The position numbers and the translations under genes were made by a program. From positions 1 to 64,000 of IMG/VR virus record IMGVR_UViG_3300045988_177228: a DNA stretch of 64,000 nt. One strand, written 5' to 3'. Shown one piece after another: positions 56,102 through 63,789 of this stretch. This DNA comes from a virus. How positions within the stretch are numbered: position 1 is the first letter of the stretch; every line of letters begins with the position of its first letter. The notes beneath the pieces were generated by a model that saw only the letters and a list, made by a program, of their open reading frames with translations, did not search any database and was not told the DNA's origin.

Positions 56102-56137
56102 GATTGGAAGACTGCCGTATTCATACTTGCTTCTACT
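56102..56137 (+). repeat. R39 element copy C
   Basis: gattggaagactgccgtattcatacttgcttctact. Confidence 0.7.
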
Positions 56138-56195
56138 CTGTTGGACATGGCCCGCGCCATGGGTGGTCACAGCTACGACGAGATGTGGCGGGCCA
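56138..56195 (+). other. duplicated fragment of the 5' end of gene 56512..56880
   Basis: tggacatggcccgcgccatgggtggtcacagctacgacgagatgtggcgggccaacg is about 85% identical to 56556-56612 (tggatatggcccgtgctatgggtggctacggctacgacgagatgtggtgggctgacg). Confidence 0.6.
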
Positions 56196-56252
56196 ACGCT
56201 TTGCCGGGCATAATCGGGTCGGCCTGTACGACGAACAAGGAAAGGTTTTTTA

Positions 56253-56510
56253 ATGTCGGTTGATTCGATTCTCTCATTGGTGGGCCTGCTGTTCGCTGTT
56301 CTGGGTGTGCTGGCCACTCTCATCTCCTACGCCTTCGGTTTGGAGTGGGCGGACGTTCTAGTTCCGTTCTGTTTCTTCGTTCTGCTGGTCTGTCAGATGG
56401 TGCGACTTGTCTGCTATCGGGAAACCGACGCGCTGGCTCCCATGGCGACAGCAGGATTTGCCGTCATCATCTGGCTGGTGGCTCTCACGCGGCGGAACGG
56501 AGGTTCTTGA
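56253..56510 (+). CDS. small membrane protein (85 aa)
   Basis: Three hydrophobic helices. Stop 1 nt before next ATG. Confidence 0.45.
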   Translation: MSVDSILSLVGLLFAVLGVLATLISYAFGLEWADVLVPFCFFVLLVCQMVRLVCYRETDALAPMATAGFAVIIWLVALTRRNGGS

Positions 56511-56511
56511 A

Positions 56512-56880
56512 ATGATTGACATGCAGGACACTGAGGAAAATCGTTGGCTACTGCTGGATATGGCCCGTGCTATGGGTGGCTACGGCTACGACGAGATGTG
56601 GTGGGCTGACGTTTTTGAGCCGGACGAATTGGAGTATTCCGCTCCCGACTTGTATGAGAAGTTCGTCAACTCGTCCGACTATGACCCTGCCGCTCACTGG
56701 TTCCGTCGTAAGGAATACGGTGTCGGTTTCAAGTCGGTCACGGACGAGAGCCTGTTGGCGGATGCTTGGCATATGCGGGATGATATTGTCGAATTGGCTT
56801 CTCGTAGGGATGTGTGGCTGAATATTCCGGATATCGATTTTGTTTCGTGTATTCGGAAGCTTGGGGTTGTGGTTTCTTAG
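56512..56880 (+). CDS. hypothetical protein (122 aa)
   Basis: ATG 56512 (MIDMQDTEENRWLLLDMARAMGGYGYDEMWW). Its 5' coding segment is partially duplicated upstream. Confidence 0.55.
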   Translation: MIDMQDTEENRWLLLDMARAMGGYGYDEMWWADVFEPDELEYSAPDLYEKFVNSSDYDPAAHWFRRKEYGVGFKSVTDESLLADAWHMRDDIVELASRRDVWLNIPDIDFVSCIRKLGVVVS

Positions 56881-56905
56881 GATTATTTCCCTGAATATTT
56901 CATGC

Positions 56906-56927
56906 TATACTGGAAACGTTCACAAAA
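56906..56927 (+). promoter_or_regulatory. M1-box copy (ctatactggaaacgttcacaaa)
   Basis: 21 nt upstream of ATG 56948. Confidence 0.65.
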
Positions 56928-56947
56928 AAGTTTTCAGAAGGAGCAAA

Positions 56948-57382
56948 ATGGGCAACATCGAAACACTCGTCACACCCATCCCAAAGGGCCAGACGAAAAA
57001 TGCAACCACGGAAAAGGCCATCGTCATCTCCTACAGTTCGAACGGCCACTACCGTGAGCGAATCTTCTCCAAGGAATCCTATACAAGTGGCAGTTCATGC
57101 TATCGGAACGGAGCATATTATCTGGATGCACTTCTCGGCGGACAACTCGACTGGGAGTCCGTGGAAGCCGCAGGTTTCGACTCGACAGCCGGATTGAAAG
57201 CCTACGCCATCAAGGACGGAGTTCCCTTGTGGCATTGGGTTCTGACTGACGGCACCGTCATAACCTCAATACAACAGTTCGAATACTGCAAGTTCTCAAT
57301 GGCTAAAATCAAAACATTGGATGGCCGGAATGTAATCCTGAACATGTCGAACGTCCTGTACGCGACCACTGACGAGAAGTGA
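56948..57382 (+). CDS. hypothetical protein (144 aa)
   Basis: gaaggagcaaaATG. Confidence 0.6.
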   Translation: MGNIETLVTPIPKGQTKNATTEKAIVISYSSNGHYRERIFSKESYTSGSSCYRNGAYYLDALLGGQLDWESVEAAGFDSTAGLKAYAIKDGVPLWHWVLTDGTVITSIQQFEYCKFSMAKIKTLDGRNVILNMSNVLYATTDEK

Positions 57383-57385
57383 GGT

Positions 57386-57601
57386 ATGGGAATGACGGTG
57401 AACGAGCTTATAGAAAAACTCCAAAAACTCACGCCGGAAGAACGAGAACTTCCCGTATGCAACTATTCGTTGCTTGACCCATATGCCATCAACGAATTCG
57501 AATACTATGACGAAATAGTCGATGAAGTGCATGTGGACGAGATTACTAATCCCGCTAATTCAGAACTGACGGTGGGTGAAAAAGCCGTGTTTTTAAGGTA
57601 G
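57386..57601 (+). CDS. hypothetical protein, MTVNELIE family member 2 (71 aa)
   Basis: gaggtATGggaATG. N-terminus MTVNELIEKLQKLTPEERELPV. Confidence 0.5.
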   Translation: MGMTVNELIEKLQKLTPEERELPVCNYSLLDPYAINEFEYYDEIVDEVHVDEITNPANSELTVGEKAVFLR

Positions 57602-57609
57602 GAACAAAA

Positions 57610-57828
57610 TTGACCGTGCAAGAACCCATCAAAGCGCTTCAAAACCTTCCAGCAGAATCCCAGAACCGTCCGGTCTGTGTGGCCGTAGCCTCGAACGACC
57701 CTAACGGTATCCCCTATTCGGAATACCGTCTGGGAGATTCCTCGAAAGTGGAGGAACGATATTCCGAATGCGGGGGAGGGAGAACCGCAGTGGTTCTTCC
57801 CGCAGTGATGGACGAGGTTGTTAAATAG
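57610..57828 (+). CDS. hypothetical protein, MTVNELIE family member 3 (72 aa)
   Basis: TTG start. LTVQEPIKALQNLPAESQNRPV. Confidence 0.4.
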   Translation: MTVQEPIKALQNLPAESQNRPVCVAVASNDPNGIPYSEYRLGDSSKVEERYSECGGGRTAVVLPAVMDEVVK

Positions 57829-57951
57829 AGGATTTGTTGACGACGACAGGAGGGAAGACAAACATGGTCGAGGAATACTGGAAACGTCTTTGCCGCTCGT
57901 TTAACAAGAAATACGTTCGTGAAATAGAGACGAGATTGCAGGAGAAAAACC

Positions 57952-58170
57952 ATGATGGTGAACGTCGTCATACTTGAAGACCAGTATGCGCCGGAGGAAT
58001 ACGAGATTGTCGGCGTATGTGATGACACGCATCTCAGGAACACATATGCGGAAGCTGTTAGAAGACATGTCGGGAACCCTGTTCTCGAATTCGAGCGACA
58101 TGACCGTGAGCGGGAAGCGCACTCGTACATTCATGTCACACGAATCGAAATGAACAAAACGAAGGAGTAA
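57952..58170 (+). CDS. hypothetical protein (72 aa)
   Basis: caggagaaaaaccATG. Partial M1-like sequence gaatactggaaacgtc at 57876-57892 upstream. Confidence 0.5.
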   Translation: MMVNVVILEDQYAPEEYEIVGVCDDTHLRNTYAEAVRRHVGNPVLEFERHDREREAHSYIHVTRIEMNKTKE

Positions 58171-58172
58171 CC

Positions 58173-58874
58173 GTGGAAAACCACTATTATGCGACGTTAG
58201 GTCACGCTAATGCCGACATATTGCCACTCGTGCAACAGTTCGATAGTCGGCGGCGGAGAGACCAGTGGGTTCAGCATTCCCGACTAGCTGGTTCCGATAT
58301 TGAGGTGCGACCGGTCACGGCTAGACAGGCTGATTCGTTGACCCGTAGACTGGTTCACCGGCTCGACCGGTATCTTCTGCAAGCTCCGGAATACGAGCCG
58401 TTATCGGACATGAAAGACGAATACTATCTGCGACGTAACCCGTTCTGCCATCATGACGGCAATTACGACGCGCCACTGTCCACAGTCAACGGCTCCTACC
58501 GTCCCTACCTGCAATGGCGGGAAAGCAACACGTGGGAGCATGAAGTCTGGTACTGGGGGGTACTATTGGCTTCTGCTGCGGATAGGATGCTTGCGGAGAA
58601 GTTTAGAAAACATTTGAGCGAACTGCACAGTCGGGAGGACTGTCGGGATATTCAACGCATGACTGCGGAAATCAAATGGTTCACCATCCCCGAAGTCAAT
58701 CTCATGGCAGAGACCGGGGACTCACAAAACTGGTACCCTCGCTACTCGCATTCAGACATGAACGACAATATTCGTCTCCGCTTGAACAAGGCGATTGAAA
58801 CCACCGACTCTGAGGAATTCGTGGACATTGCCTACAAGCTGGGACTATTCCTCCCGGAAGGGGAAGACGATTGA
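58173..58874 (+). CDS. hypothetical protein (233 aa)
   Basis: aaggagtaaccGTG start. Confidence 0.55.
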   Translation: MENHYYATLGHANADILPLVQQFDSRRRRDQWVQHSRLAGSDIEVRPVTARQADSLTRRLVHRLDRYLLQAPEYEPLSDMKDEYYLRRNPFCHHDGNYDAPLSTVNGSYRPYLQWRESNTWEHEVWYWGVLLASAADRMLAEKFRKHLSELHSREDCRDIQRMTAEIKWFTIPEVNLMAETGDSQNWYPRYSHSDMNDNIRLRLNKAIETTDSEEFVDIAYKLGLFLPEGEDD

Positions 58875-59497
58875 GCGTCGAAGAAACAGGAGTTTGGACG
58901 GAAACTTATCCAAAAGAACCTTGCCCATTCTGCGGAAAAACGGTTGCTATTCGAATCAGCGAGATTCTTATTGTGGACAAAAAATACTGGAAAGTCCGTA
59001 TTTTCGACGATAGTGGTTGCCCGTTGTCCGCAATGTTCGAGCGGGGCTTGCGAATGGGGTCAGCGGGGGAAGTGTGTGCCGTTCTTAAAAAGGATTGGCA
59101 TGAGATTGTGGAAACCGTTTCCAATATGCCGGTTTGTCCTGAATGTGGACGCTCTCCGGTTTGTCGTTATTCCAAGAACCTCGACCGTTGGATTATCCTT
59201 TGCGAAAAAGGACATTTGAGAACGGATGAGGCTTTCGTTCTCTCTGCCATGAGGAATTGGAACAAGAAAGTCGGTCAATATGTTTGCGACAATCAGAACC
59301 AACGACTCGGTCAATGTCTGACGGAGTTTTGGTATCAAGGGGATACGTCGGACGAGAATCTTCCGGAATTCATGAGGCAAAGCTGGCGTGAACGAAAACG
59401 TGAATTACCATCCGCTCCGCCGTTGCGTCATCTGCAACGAACTAGTGGAGGCCGACGACCCGACATGCGCGGTCTGCGGACAACCGGCTTGCAGTGA
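58871..59497 (+). CDS. Cys-rich (zinc-ribbon-like) hypothetical protein
   Basis: TTG overlapping previous stop. CPFCG...CPECG pairs. 3' end overlaps next ORF by 110 nt. Confidence 0.45.
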   Translation: MSVEETGVWTETYPKEPCPFCGKTVAIRISEILIVDKKYWKVRIFDDSGCPLSAMFERGLRMGSAGEVCAVLKKDWHEIVETVSNMPVCPECGRSPVCRYSKNLDRWIILCEKGHLRTDEAFVLSAMRNWNKKVGQYVCDNQNQRLGQCLTEFWYQGDTSDENLPEFMRQSWRERKRELPSAPPLRHLQRTSGGRRPDMRGLRTTGLQ

Positions 59498-59747
59498 CCA
59501 CGCTTACGATGTGGGTGGCGGCGAATGGTATTGCACCGACTGCTGCCACGGAAAAACTCACCCGTGTGCGGACTGTGATGCGCCCTCCCATTGGCGGTGC
59601 AAGGATTGCGGCAAATGGGTTTGCGAAAACCATTCGACATTCGTCACGGTTCAAGGTGAGGAATTCTATACTCTTTTCGGCTACTACTGCGATACTGATT
59701 TACGGTGGGAACTAGCGGAAGAACAAGCTAAGGAGGTGACGTTGTGA
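59388..59747 (+). CDS. Cys-rich zinc-binding hypothetical protein (119 aa)
   Basis: CVICN..CAVCG..CTDCC..CADCD..CKDCGKWVC: multiple CxxC pairs. Confidence 0.45.
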   Translation: MNENVNYHPLRRCVICNELVEADDPTCAVCGQPACSDHAYDVGGGEWYCTDCCHGKTHPCADCDAPSHWRCKDCGKWVCENHSTFVTVQGEEFYTLFGYYCDTDLRWELAEEQAKEVTL

Positions 59748-59941
59748 GCGAAAAAACCAGACGGGATAAGACGTTGAAGCTTATCGAGGACGGCGAAGAC
59801 GATGAGGTCATTCGAGTCCTAACCGGATACCAGCCGTCGGTAATCCAAATGCTCAGAAAGGAAGCCATATGCAACATCACAAAACCCGATAGAGGGGACT
59901 CCTCTGATTCGGATTTGGAAGTGCAAGGCGACCTGTTCTAA
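59744..59941 (+). CDS. small hypothetical protein (65 aa)
   Basis: GTG overlapping previous stop. Confidence 0.35.
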   Translation: MSEKTRRDKTLKLIEDGEDDEVIRVLTGYQPSVIQMLRKEAICNITKPDRGDSSDSDLEVQGDLF

Positions 59942-59981
59942 TATTTCGGCAAAAACAAGCACTAACCCAAAGGAATAAATC

Positions 59982-60236
59982 TTGACCGTTGAAATCAGCG
60001 GCATGTACACCGCCAACATGAAACGCCGGGCGAACCTATATCTTTGGCGGGGCAATATCCCCATCGTGGACTCCGTTCAGGATGTTCGGCGGGAGGATAT
60101 CGGCACTGTTGTAGAAAAGCTCCGAATGTTTGTGGGTGCTCTTATCGACGCCGGATACGGCGGGGATAACGTGTTGGGTTGGCGTAATGACCCGGTTTGT
60201 GTGAGAGGAACAAGCTGGTTCACGCTTGAGTTTTAG
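59982..60236 (+). CDS. hypothetical protein (84 aa)
   Basis: aaaggaataaatcTTG. Confidence 0.4.
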   Translation: MTVEISGMYTANMKRRANLYLWRGNIPIVDSVQDVRREDIGTVVEKLRMFVGALIDAGYGGDNVLGWRNDPVCVRGTSWFTLEF

Positions 60237-60288
60237 CCGCTCCTTTTCTGGGAGTGGCTTTTATTTTCCCATCCAGATGTTATAGTGG

Positions 60289-60310
60289 AATTGTTCACAA
60301 AAAAAATGGT
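60289..60310 (+). promoter_or_regulatory. M1-box copy (ttatagtggaattgttcacaaa)
   Basis: 14 nt upstream of RBS/ATG 60324. Confidence 0.65.
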
Positions 60311-60323
60311 TAAGGAGAAAAAT

Positions 60324-61052
60324 ATGAGCGACAAAAACACCACACCAAAACTTCCCAAGTACAAGAAGACCATCGACACCACCGGGTTCGGACTATCCTG
60401 CGTCACCGAATACGGGTTCGATGACGCAGGGCTGTTCCACCACTCATACACGTACGACTACAAGAACAGGAAGGCCGTCATCCAAGTGATGGGAAGCCAG
60501 CAGCCCGCCGACTGGCATACCCGCCAAAGCGCCTACGCCTCCTACTATGAGGATGGGAAACAGGTAGGCCGAACCCGTGCCTATAACATTCTTGAAAACG
60601 CTCAAATCAAGGCAGTCCGTTGGATTATGGGCTTCGGCTCGGATAGCAAGGCGGAAGAAGCCTATCGTGCCGTTCGACTGGAGAAAAGCCATCGCAATCA
60701 GCAAATCTGCCGTCGCATCCCCAAACCATTGCGCATGGAAGTCGAGGGGCTTGCAAATAAGCTGGGTTTGAAAATCCACGGCGACGAAGACAACAGCATT
60801 GTGGAAACGTTCGTGAACACGTATCTCGCCACTGCGGAACAGAATGGTCTGATTGAACTGAGAGAACGTCAATACGGTTACGAAAAGTCGATGACCGTAT
60901 GGCTGGACGGGGATGCGAGCCGCAAAACCGAAGACGCCCCCGACTGGGAGAAGTTCAAGGAAACCGTCGTGGAAATCGTCCCACTCTATTTGGAATGTAG
61001 ACGGAAAACGGCGGAAAGCGTTGGTCTGGGGGAGAAGCTGGCTGAAAACTAA
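60324..61052 (+). CDS. hypothetical protein (242 aa)
   Basis: ttaaggagaaaaatATG. Track ORF N-terminus MELFTKK is box read-through. Confidence 0.6.
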   Translation: MSDKNTTPKLPKYKKTIDTTGFGLSCVTEYGFDDAGLFHHSYTYDYKNRKAVIQVMGSQQPADWHTRQSAYASYYEDGKQVGRTRAYNILENAQIKAVRWIMGFGSDSKAEEAYRAVRLEKSHRNQQICRRIPKPLRMEVEGLANKLGLKIHGDEDNSIVETFVNTYLATAEQNGLIELRERQYGYEKSMTVWLDGDASRKTEDAPDWEKFKETVVEIVPLYLECRRKTAESVGLGEKLAEN

Positions 61053-61531
61053 TCCTGATGGTTGGGACAGAAAACTGCTCCAACCATTTTTGTTGCGTTC
61101 TCCAATATCTGCCTATAATCCTCAAGGACACCTACTGTCACGTTTAAGTCCACGGCCATTGGGAAAAGCTCACCCTCATAGATTCGTTCGGATTGGATAT
61201 ATTCGAACGGATTGATAAGCAGTATCGCCGTCTCCTTACGAACGTATGATTCAGCCTTGTCATCGTATTGTTTCCAGCAACAAGTATCACCGTGAGTCCA
61301 ATGGAATAGTTCATGCGTTAACGTGCATCGTTTCTGCCGCTCGTTCAACCGTGGGTCTATGACGATTATTCGGGTTTCCTCGTCATATACGCCGTTGATG
61401 TTTTCCGGAAGTTCCTCCTCGAAAACGTATGGCGCTTGACGTGCGAGTCCTACCATCCGTTTTATCTCTTCATAGCACATTCGCCGGTCGATGGCGACGC
61501 TTCTGTTGTCTACTGGGGGATGTTTCAGCAA
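61049..61531 (-). CDS. ImmA/IrrE-family zinc metallopeptidase
   Basis: HEXXH (THELFHWTHGD). Co-oriented immediately downstream of the XRE HTH gene with 7-nt overlap. Confidence 0.8.
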   Translation of the reverse strand: MLKHPPVDNRSVAIDRRMCYEEIKRMVGLARQAPYVFEEELPENINGVYDEETRIIVIDPRLNERQKRCTLTHELFHWTHGDTCCWKQYDDKAESYVRKETAILLINPFEYIQSERIYEGELFPMAVDLNVTVGVLEDYRQILENATKMVGAVFCPNHQD

Positions 61532-61896
61532 CCGTCCTCGCTTTCCGATTCCGCTTGCTTGTTGGGGTCGTGGTTTGCGGCCAATGTGAGGTCGCCGGAA
61601 TTGATTTTACGCAGGACGGCTTGAAGCTGCTGTTCCACGACGGATTGCGTGGAATGGTATCCGTTGTGTCCGGCGATGAGTTCTTCTGGGGTCATGTTCC
61701 ATGCGTGGGCGAGTTTTTCCACGTCGGCGGGGAGCCATTCGACCGTTTCGTTGTATCGTGTGGTGACGTAGCTGGGGCTTTTGCCTAGTTGACGCGCGAT
61801 GTCCCGTGCGGAGAGCCGTCGGATTCCGGCTTCCGCTAGGATGCGTTGGTTGATTCTTCTGTTGAATTCGCTGGTTTGGTTTTTTCTTTTTCCCAT
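61525..61896 (-). CDS. XRE-family helix-turn-helix transcriptional regulator
   Basis: HTH LSARDIARQLGKSPSYVTTRYN. Divergent AT-rich promoter region upstream. Confidence 0.75.
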   Translation of the reverse strand: MGKRKNQTSEFNRRINQRILAEAGIRRLSARDIARQLGKSPSYVTTRYNETVEWLPADVEKLAHAWNMTPEELIAGHNGYHSTQSVVEQQLQAVLRKINSGDLTLAANHDPNKQAESESEDGC

Positions 61897-61957
61897 GTTT
61901 TTTCATGATAACTGATTTTTAACATGAAACGCGTGGTTTTAGATTTGATAGCATACT

Positions 61958-61979
61958 TTTATATGCTATTGTCTGTAAT
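61958..61979. promoter_or_regulatory. perfect palindrome ATAGCATA-N6-TATGCTAT (candidate operator of the XRE regulator)
   Basis: gatagcatacttttatatgctattg in the AT-rich divergent intergenic region. Confidence 0.4.
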
Positions 61980-62217
61980 TACGAACACTTGTTCACTTGA
62001 AGAAACAGGAAGTCAATGCATAACATGAGTTACGACAAGGCACGGACGCCCTTGTGGACAGTCGGGTAGACACCTCCAAGAAACCCGTCCCACACACCCC
62101 GCCTCAAAATTGGAGGAACACACCCCCAATTTTGTGAATACGCCCAGTATGACTAGAATAAAAAACGTCCACACAATATAAGCCAGACTCCATACAGGCC
62201 AGACCAAAAGGAATGTT

Positions 62218-63789
62218 TTGAGAAAGACAATAGACCAGAAAATCCTCTTGGATAAACACTTCACAAAATTGGACATCCTAGGCCAGCACCTATGGATGAT
62301 GCTCCAACTGCATCCGAAGACCAATGCTCTCGGCGTATGTGATTGGACGTTTGGAAAAATCAACGCTTACACTCACGGAAACACTCCCACCCTATTCCAA
62401 CAGGCGGGCCGGGAACTCGTAAACGAAGGACTACTGGTCATAGACGAGGACACCGAAGAAGCACTCCTCCTCGACCACATCGACCCCACGGCGGACTCCG
62501 GAACCATCGAATCCGCATACCTTGGAACCGCCAGCCCAAGACTGCGCAGAATCCTAGTCAGTGAACTGAACCGAACCCTCCGACAGGGAAAGCACTTCTC
62601 GTTCGAGTGGGAGGAGATTCATGACATCCTCAGTGAATCGAATGCCGACTCCGACGAATATGAGGAGCCGCATCCAAGCGTGGAACCCGTCGAGGATGAT
62701 TCCCTAAACACCTCCCAGACAGATAATTCCACCTCCAAAAAGGAAAAAGAACCCGCCAAGCAGGACGATACCGAAACCTCAAGCGTGAAACCCGTAGAAG
62801 CGGAAGACAAGCCTGTCGGGAAGCGTCGTGGACGGCCACGTAAGAATCCACTCCCTCCGGAAGGAGAAGACAAACCGAAGCGTCGTCGCGGTCGCCCCCG
62901 CAAGTACAAACCCGAACCGGTCGAACTGATGGACGGAACCATGGAGCCTCCGTTCGAGGAGCCGATGACCATGGAACAGGTCGAGGTTCTGCCCCAATAC
63001 GATTCCGACACCCCAATCGACGTGGATGATGACGGGGAACCCAAGTATTTGCAGTGGGATGAAATCCCGCAACAGCTTTGGTTCTGGCATCCACTGCCCG
63101 AAGACTGGTCTCCGACCGAGAAAGCATCGAAACTGTACAAGGATTTGGGTGGTGGAAGCAAGATGACCATTTTGCAAGCGGCTGACTCGTTCCGTAAGGT
63201 CTACGATTCACGCTTGTACGTGAAACGTGACAATGGTTTCAAGGCCGCTCCGCTTTCGCCTGACCGACTTTTCATCCAGCAGTTGCTTCACTGGCGTAAG
63301 GAAAAGGACGAGGAAAACGAACGCAAAGCCAAGGAAAAAGCCGAGCGGGAAGCGTTTCTCGATGAAGAACCGACAATCGACGTAGACCCCATCTGGGGAA
63401 ACCCCGAAGACTTGGTTTCCGCCAAAGTGGAACAGGAAAATCCCCAACAGGAGGAAGTGACCCCACTGATTCCAGACGAGGAAGTACCGAAAGTCCGCCA
63501 CTACAAGCGGATGGTGCCGAAGGATTGGAAACCGAACCAGAAGCACATCGACCGAGCCAATGAACTGAACATCGACGTGAACACGGAAGCCGAGAAATTC
63601 TACAACTACAGCCATTCCAATGGCAAGAAATACTTGGACTTCGACCGCGCCTTTGACAATTGGCTTCTCAATGCCGACAAGTTTAACAGGAACGGTCAGA
63701 GCAGACGCAAAACCCGTAGCGAGGAAGGATACGAGCACAACATGAACATGCTGAAAGAATCCCTCGCCCAAGCCGGATGGGATGAATGA
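62218..63789 (+). CDS. hypothetical protein with two AT-hook motifs (GRPRK) and acidic linker (523 aa)
   Basis: KRRGRPRKN and RRRGRPRKY AT-hooks. C-terminal region with F(D/Y)NWLLNA resembling DnaD/replisome-organiser C-terminal motif (weak). Confidence 0.65.
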   Translation: MRKTIDQKILLDKHFTKLDILGQHLWMMLQLHPKTNALGVCDWTFGKINAYTHGNTPTLFQQAGRELVNEGLLVIDEDTEEALLLDHIDPTADSGTIESAYLGTASPRLRRILVSELNRTLRQGKHFSFEWEEIHDILSESNADSDEYEEPHPSVEPVEDDSLNTSQTDNSTSKKEKEPAKQDDTETSSVKPVEAEDKPVGKRRGRPRKNPLPPEGEDKPKRRRGRPRKYKPEPVELMDGTMEPPFEEPMTMEQVEVLPQYDSDTPIDVDDDGEPKYLQWDEIPQQLWFWHPLPEDWSPTEKASKLYKDLGGGSKMTILQAADSFRKVYDSRLYVKRDNGFKAAPLSPDRLFIQQLLHWRKEKDEENERKAKEKAEREAFLDEEPTIDVDPIWGNPEDLVSAKVEQENPQQEEVTPLIPDEEVPKVRHYKRMVPKDWKPNQKHIDRANELNIDVNTEAEKFYNYSHSNGKKYLDFDRAFDNWLLNADKFNRNGQSRRKTRSEEGYEHNMNMLKESLAQAGWDE

